From positions 1 through 34,345 of the IMG/VR virus record IMGVR_UViG_3300016666_000453: a stretch of 34,345 nucleotides of DNA. The stretch is one strand, 5' to 3'. The first letter of the stretch is position 1; the number at the start of each line of letters is the position of its first letter. Below the pieces are notes generated by a model, which did not search any database, was not told the DNA's origin, and saw only the letters and a list, made by a program, of their open reading frames with translations. The stretch is from a virus. Lineage: Duplodnaviria > Caudoviricetes. Made by a program: the position numbers and the translations under genes. Below are positions 25,739 through 34,263 of the stretch, in pieces.

Positions 25739-26434
25739 TTAGCTGCAGTCGTAACCTTCAAATTCGATATCTTGATTAAAAAGTTTAGCTGTTTTGACTC
25801 CCATAGCATTGTCCCGCTCTAAGAAATACGCTGCCAACTCATCGAGCTCGTGAGGCATCTCTTCGTTTGGATTTGCGCCGTAAGTGATGAAAGCATTTCT
25901 AAATAACGGATACGCTTTTGGAGTAAAACTCTCGCAGTCTTTAAGGGCTATTAGATCGGCGAGGGTTTTATCCTCAAAGAGAGCGCCGAGTCCTTCTTTG
26001 GAGAACGTGGGGCGATCCATTTCAGCCGATTTGGCGATTAAAATAGTTCTTAAACACCATGCAAGTCTTTTGTTAAGGAGGTAGTAGTCATGGATGTACT
26101 TTGAGTGTGCTACTAATGCGTAGCCCAGTTCGCTTGCGTTAGTTATTTCTGCAGAGTAATCATTTTTTTTACGGAAAAAGTTTTTAACTTTTTCGAACGT
26201 GCCGTTGGGATCATATGCTACCTTGCCTTCTAATGTGATGTGCAGAAAAAACAAGTCCCCACCTTCCGCTCGTGCAATTGCTTGGCTGAGAGGATAGCAG
26301 GCAATATTTGTAGTGCCCTCAATAATCATTTCATACCGATCGTCATCAGTGATTGCGAACAGGTCTGTATCCGAATCAGCCGAATGGTCTTCGCGAGCAC
26401 GGCTTCCGTAAACCACAAGAGAAAGAATAGGCAT
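25739..26434 (-). CDS. halB: Pol-beta-family nucleotidyltransferase, Hailong HalB-like
   Basis: YGSRAR...DSDTDL motif, GDLFFLHI..EGK segment, Tyr four residues from the C-terminus; TAATG-coupled to the upstream pentapeptide/TM gene. Confidence 0.8.
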   Translation of the reverse strand: MPILSLVVYGSRAREDHSADSDTDLFAITDDDRYEMIIEGTTNIACYPLSQAIARAEGGDLFFLHITLEGKVAYDPNGTFEKVKNFFRKKNDYSAEITNASELGYALVAHSKYIHDYYLLNKRLAWCLRTILIAKSAEMDRPTFSKEGLGALFEDKTLADLIALKDCESFTPKAYPLFRNAFITYGANPNEEMPHELDELAAYFLERDNAMGVKTAKLFNQDIEFEGYDCS

Positions 26435-27507
26435 TAATTAACCCTGCTTATTCTGTTGATTATCGTGGGGACGAGTACTGCATACCACCAGAGCCCGAGA
26501 AATGCGTTTATTCCATACCAAATCTGCATGTCCTCAGGGGTGTTCGCAAGCGAGTGTTTGGTGTAGCCGATCAAGAATGTTATATCAAAACTTTTAATTA
26601 GCCCTTGTTCATAGTCGTTCTGGAGATATCCATAGTAGAGTCCGAAAACGGATGTCAGTAGTAGTCCGATGAAAGCAGGGCGGGCAATGCTTTTTCCCCA
26701 GCTGTTGAGCGTGCCGGTGATGTTTATAAGTAATATTTCAAGCCAGGCCGAACACCAATTTATCATATGTTTAAGCTGTTTTTTTTCATAACGCAATTCG
26801 TATGTTGATTTTTTGATTTTGCTTTTTAATGATTGGTTTAAATAGGTTTTTAGTGCGCCGAAGTAAGCATCCTCGTCGCCATGGTTTTCGGCATTTTTTA
26901 AAAGGGTGCGTGAGAATTTAGCCTTGGTGCCTTCAAGCCGCATTATTTGGTGCGCAGGGTTCGTGCCATTTTGGCTTAGTGTTTTTTGGTCTAGATTTGT
27001 ATAGGCAGAAGCGATGAAGTTGCCAGGATTGGAAATCAATGTATTAGGGAGTTTTGTTTCAGTTCCACTAAGGGTAATATCTACCCATTCGCATTCATAG
27101 AAAATGCAGTCTTGGAATTCGGCAAGTGTGAAGGAGCATTTGTCAAACTTGCACTTGCTGAATTTTACTCCGCGCCATACTGATCCTCCAAAATCGCATT
27201 TGAAGAAGCTGCATTTTGTAAAAGAGATTTCTGTTTTTGAAATTTCGCCGACGAACTCACCATCAAAGTTGCAATTATCAAAATTTACGGGTGGGCATTT
27301 GAATCTTCGTAATCCGCGCGTTACTGTATATTTATCTAAGGCGGTGGAGGTGAATAAAAGTTGAGAGGGACCTTTGTTGTTGGTAAAGTCCCAATTATGA
27401 AGTGCCAAGTTTAGTTCCTGGCCAGTATAAAGACAGTCCCACCAAGATCTAGATCTTTTTAGGGAATTAGACGCTACAGGCCTTTCAACGTCGTCCATTA
27501 CTGTCAT
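26434..27507 (-). CDS. halA: Pentapeptide-repeat, ion-channel-like transmembrane effector, Hailong HalA-like
   Basis: F-x-x-C-x-F pentapeptide repeats followed by TM, pore-like (SFDITFLIGYT) and TM segments; operonic with an NTase. Confidence 0.8.
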   Translation of the reverse strand: MTVMDDVERPVASNSLKRSRSWWDCLYTGQELNLALHNWDFTNNKGPSQLLFTSTALDKYTVTRGLRRFKCPPVNFDNCNFDGEFVGEISKTEISFTKCSFFKCDFGGSVWRGVKFSKCKFDKCSFTLAEFQDCIFYECEWVDITLSGTETKLPNTLISNPGNFIASAYTNLDQKTLSQNGTNPAHQIMRLEGTKAKFSRTLLKNAENHGDEDAYFGALKTYLNQSLKSKIKKSTYELRYEKKQLKHMINWCSAWLEILLINITGTLNSWGKSIARPAFIGLLLTSVFGLYYGYLQNDYEQGLIKSFDITFLIGYTKHSLANTPEDMQIWYGINAFLGLWWYAVLVPTIINRISRVN

Positions 27508-27608
27508 TTATACATTCCATGAGAGGTCTTTGATGGCCCTATGATATCCCGTAAGCGCTCATCCACGATAGATACAAACATGATCATTACGCGAGTAGGA
27601 GCAGAGAT

Positions 27609-27869
27609 ATGCGCGTTTCTTGCAAAGTGTGCGGAGCAAGAGGACGCATCGCCTCCCGCGACGAGCTGTCATTGGAATTCGCCCGCCTCTACTGCCAATG
27701 CAGCTCCCCCCAATGCGGCCACACGTGGGTAGCCAACCTGACCTTTTCCCACACCCTGAGCCCATCTGCCCAGGCGGTCGATCGCTTATTGTTCGACCGT
27801 CTGCGCAGCTTGTCCAAGATCGAGCAGCGTGACCTGTTCGATCAACTGGGAGCGGCTTCCTCTACGTAA
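27609..27869 (+). CDS. ogr: Ogr/Delta zinc-finger late-gene activator
   Basis: CKVCG..RI...LYCQCSSPQCGHTWV..FSHTLSPS. Confidence 0.93.
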   Translation: MRVSCKVCGARGRIASRDELSLEFARLYCQCSSPQCGHTWVANLTFSHTLSPSAQAVDRLLFDRLRSLSKIEQRDLFDQLGAASST

Positions 27870-28057
27870 TCTCGTAACAACGCCTCGGCCTGTTCAAAGC
27901 GCTCCAGTTGCGTTGCGCCGTACTCAATCAGGGCGAGCCTGGCGCGTTGTGTCAGGTGTAGGTCAGCGCTTAGCAGGGCGATTAGCAGCTCAAAACTGTG
28001 GCCGCATTCTTCGAATTCTTCCTGCACTTTTAAAACGCTGGCTGTGGAATTCAACAC
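27842..28057 (-). CDS. Hypothetical 71-aa protein
   Basis: AGGAG RBS before GTG; amphipathic helical sequence; convergent overlap with ogr. Confidence 0.55.
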   Translation of the reverse strand: MLNSTASVLKVQEEFEECGHSFELLIALLSADLHLTQRARLALIEYGATQLERFEQAEALLRDYVEEAAPS

Positions 28058-28359
28058 AACGATTTCTCCTTATTCGATGGTGTTTTCCGGTAGTTTAATG
28101 ACAGGTTTTTCCCCAGTCAGTGGCTTGTTAATGTGCGGATGTAAGTAGGTAGTATCTTCATCAACTTGACGAAAAGGCATTCCATAGCCAGCCGTTTCGG
28201 CCTCTTCTCTCTGCAATTAAAAATGTGCTTATCTGCGCAGTTTTGCTTTGACCCTGAAAAGCACGAAGGCTCTAAACTGCGGTTTACAGCAATCAGAGCA
28301 GGGCGTGATTACCTCACGCGGGGCTTTGCTGAAGTTAAGCTGCTGTTTTATCTAATTAC

Positions 28360-28391
28360 AAAAACAAGGACGCCGGGGCGTCCTTGTTTTT
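28360..28391. terminator. Bidirectional intrinsic terminator closing the early operon
   Basis: AAAAACAAGGACGCC-GG-GGCGTCCTTGTTTTT perfect inverted repeat with A and T tails. Confidence 0.75.
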
Positions 28392-28557
28392 GCTTGTTAC
28401 CTGGGAATTACCTCGGCTTTAGGTGATAGCTCAAAGTGTTCAGGGTGGGTGTGATAGCTTTGTGCCCGCTGCTGCTGGGGTGCTGTGCTTACATGGTGAG
28501 GTTCCTTGTGTGGTGGCAGGTGTCGGGGAGGTGCGAACTCCTCGGCACCATCCTTTC

Positions 28558-28809
28558 TTAGCTCTGCTGCAATGGACTGGCGGTGAATACCGGTCGTTGT
28601 TCGAAGCGCACTTCAAATAGGCCCAGGTCGCGACCCTCTACGTTGTGCAGATGCACGATGGTGATGAACGTCGGGTCACTGTCGGGGTGGGCGCGCCAAT
28701 GGTCGGCAGCAACCAGTTCTGCCAGGTCATTTGCCGTGCAGTCCTCGACGTACCATGTGGGCAGGGAAAGGTGGCCGATCAGGTTATTGGCTCGGTAGTG
28801 CAGGTTCAT
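28558..28809 (-). CDS. Hypothetical 83-aa phage protein
   Basis: ATGA-coupled to the upstream gene. Confidence 0.7.
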   Translation of the reverse strand: MNLHYRANNLIGHLSLPTWYVEDCTANDLAELVAADHWRAHPDSDPTFITIVHLHNVEGRDLGLFEVRFEQRPVFTASPLQQS

Positions 28810-29504
28810 GGCTTGCCCACCTCGGCCTCAAGTTCAATGACCTGCTTGAGCAGGAGTGCCAGGACGAGTGGCTGGTGTTCCTCGGTTTTGGTGAGGTAGC
28901 CCAACCGCAGGACACTGACGCAATCTTCAAACACCGGTACATCAAGTAGTCGCAGGTCGGTCAGGTTTATTCGGCAATGGCTGTTATTGACCAGGCCCAT
29001 CAGGAATGAAGTGATGGTGCGGCTTTGGCCCGTGGTGCTTTGGGCGATCTGTATCAAGCGCTGTAAGGCTTGCAGCCCATCGTTTTCAACCGCTTGCCGG
29101 TAGCGCTTGTAGGCCCCTGCACTCATACCGTGGAAGTGGTGCTTGGGTTGTTGGGGTCGCAGCGTGCGCCACTGGCCGATCAACTGGCGCCAGATATCTC
29201 CACCGCCTTCGACGCGCTCATGTACTTCAACTTCGGGCGCGTAGTCCATGTTTAGCACGCGCAGGCAATCTTCAAAGCGCCTCAATCCCAGATGGTACAG
29301 CTGAGGTAATTCGAAGCGGTATTCGGCCCCATCGTATAAGCCCAGTAGAAAACGGCCGACGACCTGGCCTTGCGCGGTGTGGCTGAGGGCCGTGGGGATC
29401 AGCCGGTTCAGCGCACGGGTGCCGTCGATCACGATGGCAGGGCGGCGCTGTTCGTAGGCCCATAGGTTTATCAGTGATTGTTTCATTGAGTCACTCATGC
29501 TCAT
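28806..29504 (-). CDS. Hypothetical protein made of two tandem copies of an approximately 100-aa domain
   Basis: AAGGAG RBS; internal repeat AL.RLI..A.S.T.Q......FL.GL......FEDC..VL...Y. Confidence 0.75.
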   Translation of the reverse strand: MSMSDSMKQSLINLWAYEQRRPAIVIDGTRALNRLIPTALSHTAQGQVVGRFLLGLYDGAEYRFELPQLYHLGLRRFEDCLRVLNMDYAPEVEVHERVEGGGDIWRQLIGQWRTLRPQQPKHHFHGMSAGAYKRYRQAVENDGLQALQRLIQIAQSTTGQSRTITSFLMGLVNNSHCRINLTDLRLLDVPVFEDCVSVLRLGYLTKTEEHQPLVLALLLKQVIELEAEVGKP

Positions 29505-29952
29505 GGTGTTGCTCCTTTTTCAGTAGGCAGGGGATAGCTCGCGGGGAAATTTCCGCGCATGGGTGGATTGGGTCTGGAATGTTTGAACGAGAGGCGCAGT
29601 GGCTAGGCTGGAAGCCTTGTGTTTGCGAGCTTCAAGTGGCTGCGAAGGCAGTTCGGTGCAAATGGAATGTGCTGAACTACGGGGCTGTATGTAACGTGCT
29701 GTAGGCCCCGTAGTTAAAGGCGTACACCAGTTTTTAGTCTGTGGGGTGCGAACGGACTGCAAGTGGAATGGAAAGTAGTGCAGTGCCTTCCACTGACATT
29801 CCAGTCGTGTATTTTTGTAAGTTGTTGAGTTCATTTATAAATACCTTAATAGTTCAAAAATTACAGACGGCTTATGGGTCAACACGCAGACTCACTGGTA
29901 AAACGCAGGCAACACTTCCCCATGGACGACAACGCCATTGAATTCAGGGGAC

Positions 29953-32634
29953 TCAGGGCTTCTTGAAGATCCAGCAGTTGATCGTGCGTCGTTCAAGCCG
30001 GGAGTAGGCCTTGCGGGTCGCTACGAACGTGTAGGTGGTGCTTTGCGGCAGGGCGCGTTGCAGTTGGGCCCGTGTGAGAACTTCCTGTGCAGCCTTGCGG
30101 CAGGCCTCCTGGAAGTGCTCGATGTTGATGGCCACCACGCCGCGCTCGCCGCTGTGGTTGAGGGTTTGGTGGGTTTCTTCACGGGTGCCGTTGTTGTCGG
30201 TGATCGTGATCACCCGCTCGTTGAGGTAGTGGTAGATCTGCCAGAAGGTGGCGGCGTCGGCCGGCTCGGTGCGGCAGCGCTGTTGGCGGGCAATGGCGCG
30301 TCGCTCCAGATGTTTGGCCAATTGCTCGATGTCGGCGTCTGACCAGGTGGGGAACAGGGCCCGGGTGGCGTAGGCGGCTGCCAATACCTGCGCATGACAG
30401 GTCACGATGCGTGCTTCGGTGATCGCCGCCACGTTCTGCAGGCGCTGCTCAAAACGCGGGAAGGCTTCGAAGAAGCGTTCCAGCCACTGCTGTTCGGAGG
30501 CCAGGCAGCGGCGCAGGTAACCGCCCAACATCTTTGCGTTCATGCCCTTGAGCCGATCGGCTCGCGGCTTTAGAGCCAGCGAATGGTGTTCCTTGGTCGC
30601 GTGTAACTCGACGATTCGGGACAGGAACGCCTCGGACGCGTCGACACTGTTGTTTTGCGATATGCCCAGTGCACCACGCCAATGGGAGGTGCGAGTCTCG
30701 TTGCCGGTGGTTTTGGCGCCGGTAACACGCAGGGTCGCGTGGTGGTCGAAGAGGTGTTTGTATTCGTCCCATTGGAATTGCAGGACGACTTTGCGGCCTT
30801 GGCTGTCGGTGTGCTCTTTGTCGGACTCAATCAGCATCACCGGCAGGTTGCTGACCTCGCCCAAGGTACGTGACAGACCGATCAAGCTGGCCCCGGCGCC
30901 GCTGGGTTGGATTCCTTCGTAGTTTTCGCGACCGGTGAGTCTCCACAGGAAGCGCAGCAGTGTGGATTTGCCGGCACCAGGTTTACCGGTGAACTCCAGG
31001 ATCGGGAATGAGGACTGTTTGGCGCCGATCTGCTGCACGAAGTAGGTGGCGGTCCACCATGACAGGATCGCCAGGCCGTTGAGCCCGTTGACGGCCAGGA
31101 AGTCCTCGAACCATTCGGGGTCAAAGTCCTGGCCACGTTCAATTCTGAAGTTGCCCAAGGTGGTTTTAACGCCGTTGCCTTGGATGTCGATGAAGCCGTG
31201 GCTGTTGACCGGCAGCTCTTTGCCTTGATGAAAGCCAAAGGAGGGGAAGCAATAGAGTCCGCAGGTTTCGTCGTAACCCACGAATGGCAGGCTACGTACG
31301 GTGCGTACCGGGCGGTGTTCGTCGTTGAACCATTTGTTTTTGAGGATGGCCAGCACGGCCTCGCCCCCTTCGAAGTTGCCGCCCGGGGTGTGCTCGAGCA
31401 GTGAGCGTGCGAACCCCCGCGGGTCGGTGATGGCGTTGGGGGCCAGGGGTGCCTTGCAACTGCGGGATTTGTCCGGGAACTGGAAGTCGAAGAAGTAGCG
31501 TTGTTCGCTGGTGACGATGTCTTTTTCCAGGTACTCCAGGTTGGGGATGCAGTTGGCTACCTGTTTGATTTTGGCGTGTTTGATGAATATCTCGCGATTG
31601 CCTTCGACCTTTTCTTCGCCCAAGTCTTTGCTGAGTTCGCCCTGATTGACTCTGGCCGAGTACAGGCGGTTACGAAATTCCATGAGGTAGAGCGGGGCAG
31701 GTCGGCGCAAATAGAGCAGGTACGCCAGTTTGCTGGGGTTTGCGGCGGTGAATAACCGACCGCGGTATTCGGCGTTGGCCATGAACGCGGCGTCTAACTG
31801 ACCGTCTCGATAGACGTCGTCCCAGTCACGTGGGCCTGCAAGAGCGACCCAGGCAGTCTCTTTTTGTTCACGCAGTTGGTGCAGGTATTTGGGGATGTAA
31901 GCGTGGCCGGCTTTGTCGTCGTCCAGGGCGATGACCCAGGTGATGGCTTGGCCTTTGTGAGCCTCCACAACCTCCCAGGGGAAGTTGTTGCAGCTGATTG
32001 AGGCGATGGCCTTGAATCCGGCCAGGTGCAGCGCAATGGCGTGGAAGATGCCTTCTACGACGTAGATGCGGTCGTGCTTGCCAAGGGTCATCCCGGGCGG
32101 CACCCAGCCGTTGCCCTTGTATGTCATTTTGGCCTTGATGCCTGCTTTGTCACCGTCGTTGGCCGCAACGGCAGTGGCGTCGATGATCCGTTCCCAATAT
32201 CCATCACAGAGCGCAAAGCGCACGGTGGCGGCCCATGTCTGGTCTGCCAGCTTGCGCCGGCCTTGGGTGTACCAGCCTGTCAATTTGCTGATATCGAAGC
32301 CCCGGGTGCGTTGCAGGTAGGCATCTGCGGTGGCGTTGGGGTTGTCGACGGTTTTGGGGAAGCGCTGGCTGAGGTTTTCGAAGAGGTCGCGGTAGCGGTC
32401 GTGGGTTTTCTCGGTGAATTGGCAGTTTTCTTCTCGGTTGCATTTGAGGACGTAGGGCTTTTCCAGGCTGATGAACAGACGGCGCTCGCCGCATTGGGGG
32501 CATTTGCCCTTTTGCAGGGAGGTGCTGTTGATGCGCTGGAAGTCCAGGTCGGCGTCGTTTTTAAGGGCGTCGATGACATCGGTTTGGTAGATGTCTTCGA
32601 AGAGTTTGGGATCCAGTCGTGTGTGTGAGGTCAT
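29953..32634 (-). CDS. Zn-finger / TOPRIM primase / P-loop helicase replication protein (P4 alpha-like)
   Basis: CPQCG..CNREENC zinc finger, VVEGIFHAIAL and ALDDDKAG TOPRIM motifs, GKPGAGKST Walker A. Confidence 0.9.
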   Translation of the reverse strand: MTSHTRLDPKLFEDIYQTDVIDALKNDADLDFQRINSTSLQKGKCPQCGERRLFISLEKPYVLKCNREENCQFTEKTHDRYRDLFENLSQRFPKTVDNPNATADAYLQRTRGFDISKLTGWYTQGRRKLADQTWAATVRFALCDGYWERIIDATAVAANDGDKAGIKAKMTYKGNGWVPPGMTLGKHDRIYVVEGIFHAIALHLAGFKAIASISCNNFPWEVVEAHKGQAITWVIALDDDKAGHAYIPKYLHQLREQKETAWVALAGPRDWDDVYRDGQLDAAFMANAEYRGRLFTAANPSKLAYLLYLRRPAPLYLMEFRNRLYSARVNQGELSKDLGEEKVEGNREIFIKHAKIKQVANCIPNLEYLEKDIVTSEQRYFFDFQFPDKSRSCKAPLAPNAITDPRGFARSLLEHTPGGNFEGGEAVLAILKNKWFNDEHRPVRTVRSLPFVGYDETCGLYCFPSFGFHQGKELPVNSHGFIDIQGNGVKTTLGNFRIERGQDFDPEWFEDFLAVNGLNGLAILSWWTATYFVQQIGAKQSSFPILEFTGKPGAGKSTLLRFLWRLTGRENYEGIQPSGAGASLIGLSRTLGEVSNLPVMLIESDKEHTDSQGRKVVLQFQWDEYKHLFDHHATLRVTGAKTTGNETRTSHWRGALGISQNNSVDASEAFLSRIVELHATKEHHSLALKPRADRLKGMNAKMLGGYLRRCLASEQQWLERFFEAFPRFEQRLQNVAAITEARIVTCHAQVLAAAYATRALFPTWSDADIEQLAKHLERRAIARQQRCRTEPADAATFWQIYHYLNERVITITDNNGTREETHQTLNHSGERGVVAINIEHFQEACRKAAQEVLTRAQLQRALPQSTTYTFVATRKAYSRLERRTINCWIFKKP

Positions 32635-32861
32635 TAGCGCGCCCCCTTTTTCTGAGTGCCAGCAACGCGATCAGACTGGTCGGCCGCCTCTCTGGCCAAG
32701 TGGATCATGTTGATGAAAACAGTTCCCTTTTTACCCTCGGTCTTTTCCTTGATGAGGATCATCCCGCTTTCGATCTTGTGACGGACCGAGCGCTCGCTGA
32801 GTCCGGCTCTGCGTGCAAATTCGAGCGGGGTTACATATGGCGTGTCGATGACGATCTGCAT
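32634..32861 (-). CDS. cox: Cox/Apl-like repressor-excisionase
   Basis: DTPYVTPLEFARRAGLSERSVR winged HTH and VFINMIHL; first early gene, divergent from the repressor. Confidence 0.8.
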   Translation of the reverse strand: MQIVIDTPYVTPLEFARRAGLSERSVRHKIESGMILIKEKTEGKKGTVFINMIHLAREAADQSDRVAGTQKKGAR

Positions 32862-32892
32862 TTTGATAATCTCCACGGAACATTTTCTGAAA

Positions 32893-32942
32893 AGGTGTAC
32901 ACTCGCGACCCAAATCTATGGTCGCGTTCGTACACCTGTCAA
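32893..32942. promoter_or_regulatory. Lysis/lysogeny switch: long imperfect palindrome overlapping the early promoter
   Basis: AGGTGTAC-act-CGCGACC-N9-GGTCGCG-ttc-GTACACCT (32893-32937); minus strand TTGACA (32937-32942)-N18-TAGATT. Confidence 0.65.
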
Positions 32943-32952
32943 GGGGGAGACT

Positions 32953-33192
32953 ATGGAGCTTTTTGAAAAGTTGAAGGCGATCCGTCAGGCAGAAGGCCTG
33001 ACGCAGGCGCAGTTATGCGCTGTGACGGGAATCAACCTGTCGACGTGGAAAAGTTACGAGTTGCAACGGCGCAAGGAAGTCAGCTCGTTGGAGCTGTTGA
33101 AGATTACCGGGCACCCGCAATTCAAGAAGTACACGTTGTGGTTGATGTGCGACGAGGCGGCGCCGGAGTGCGGGCAGGTGAGCCCGCTTTAA
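32953..33192 (+). CDS. Immunity repressor, P2 C-like XRE HTH
   Basis: EKLKAIRQAEGLTQ..STWKSYE...FKKYTLWLM..APECGQVSP; GGGGAG RBS. Confidence 0.9.
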   Translation: MELFEKLKAIRQAEGLTQAQLCAVTGINLSTWKSYELQRRKEVSSLELLKITGHPQFKKYTLWLMCDEAAPECGQVSPL

Positions 33193-33207
33193 CCATGGAG
33201 CAGGGAT

Positions 33208-34239
33208 GTGCCTATAAGAAAACTGGAAGATGGCCGCTATGAGGTGGATTGCCGTCCAGATGGGCGTCATGGGGCGCGGGTGCGGCGGATATTCCGCACA
33301 AAGAACGAAGCGCTGAATTATCGCAATCGTGTGATGGGTGAGGGTGCCCGGGGTACGTTTGAAAAGACGCCCAGGCACGACACACGCAAGTTGCAAGATT
33401 TGGTCGATCGCTGGTTTGAGGTGCATGGGAAGAGTCTCAAAACCGGCAAGCAGCGGTTGGCGTCGTTGACGAACATGGTTGAGCGGATGGGGAATCCGAA
33501 GGTGGTGGAGTTCACGGCCTCCACCTTTGCCCAGTATCGAGCAGATCGGGCCGCGGGCCTGCACTCGCGCAAGACGCCTGGAAAGGGCTTTGTCAAAGAG
33601 GGTGAGGAAGCCAAGGGTGTGGGGGCCAATATGCTCAATCATGAGCTGGCTTACCTGAGTGCGGTGTTCAACGAGTTGAAGCGTTTGGATGAGTGGACCG
33701 GGGATAACCCGCTGGCGAATGTGCGCAAGCTCAAGTTTGATGAGACCGAGATGGTCTATCTGCTATCCGACCAAATCAAGGTATTGCTGAAGGATTTGCA
33801 GGCGCGAAATTCTGATGCGGCGTTGATTGCTGAAGTCTGCTTGGCAACCGGCGCAAGGTGGGGAGAGGCTGAGGCGCTGCTGGTGCATCAGGTTCGTCAT
33901 GGGCTTGTTCATTACAGCAAGACGAAGTCCAGCAAGAATCGGTCAGTGCCCATATCCAAAGACTTGGAAAAGCGCCTGGGTTCGTCTTTGCCCTTTACCA
34001 GTGCATACAACACGTTCCGCCGGTCGATTGAGGCCGTTGGGATAGATCTCCCTGATGGCCAAATGACTCATGTTTTGCGCCATACGTTTGCCAGTCACTA
34101 TATGATGAATGGTGGGGATATCTTGACCCTGCAGCGGGTGTTGGGGCATGCAACTTTAGCGATGACGCAGAAGTATGCGCACTTTAGTCCGGGGCATATG
34201 GCAGGGGTTGTTAATTTGAATCCTCTGGCTAAAAAATAA
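33208..34239 (+). CDS. int: Tyrosine integrase (P2/186/HP1 family)
   Basis: TGARWGE (R), TKSSKNR (K), HVLRHTFASH, LGH and TQKYAH (Y). Confidence 0.96.
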   Translation: MPIRKLEDGRYEVDCRPDGRHGARVRRIFRTKNEALNYRNRVMGEGARGTFEKTPRHDTRKLQDLVDRWFEVHGKSLKTGKQRLASLTNMVERMGNPKVVEFTASTFAQYRADRAAGLHSRKTPGKGFVKEGEEAKGVGANMLNHELAYLSAVFNELKRLDEWTGDNPLANVRKLKFDETEMVYLLSDQIKVLLKDLQARNSDAALIAEVCLATGARWGEAEALLVHQVRHGLVHYSKTKSSKNRSVPISKDLEKRLGSSLPFTSAYNTFRRSIEAVGIDLPDGQMTHVLRHTFASHYMMNGGDILTLQRVLGHATLAMTQKYAHFSPGHMAGVVNLNPLAKK

Positions 34240-34263
34240 TAAAACTGAGGGAGTGGTAGAGCG

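Noticed and set aside
25739-27507. CBASS, MNT-HEPN or AbiE assignment
   Set aside because: The NTase is short and the partner is a pentapeptide/TM protein without an RX4-6H HEPN motif; the architecture fits Hailong better.
28060-28360. cos packaging site
   Set aside because: Expected somewhere between portal and replication genes, but I found no match to the P2 19-bp cos, so it cannot be placed.
29520-29834. 104-aa ORF as a real gene
   Set aside because: No convincing RBS or motif; the region is better explained as an origin or regulatory DNA.
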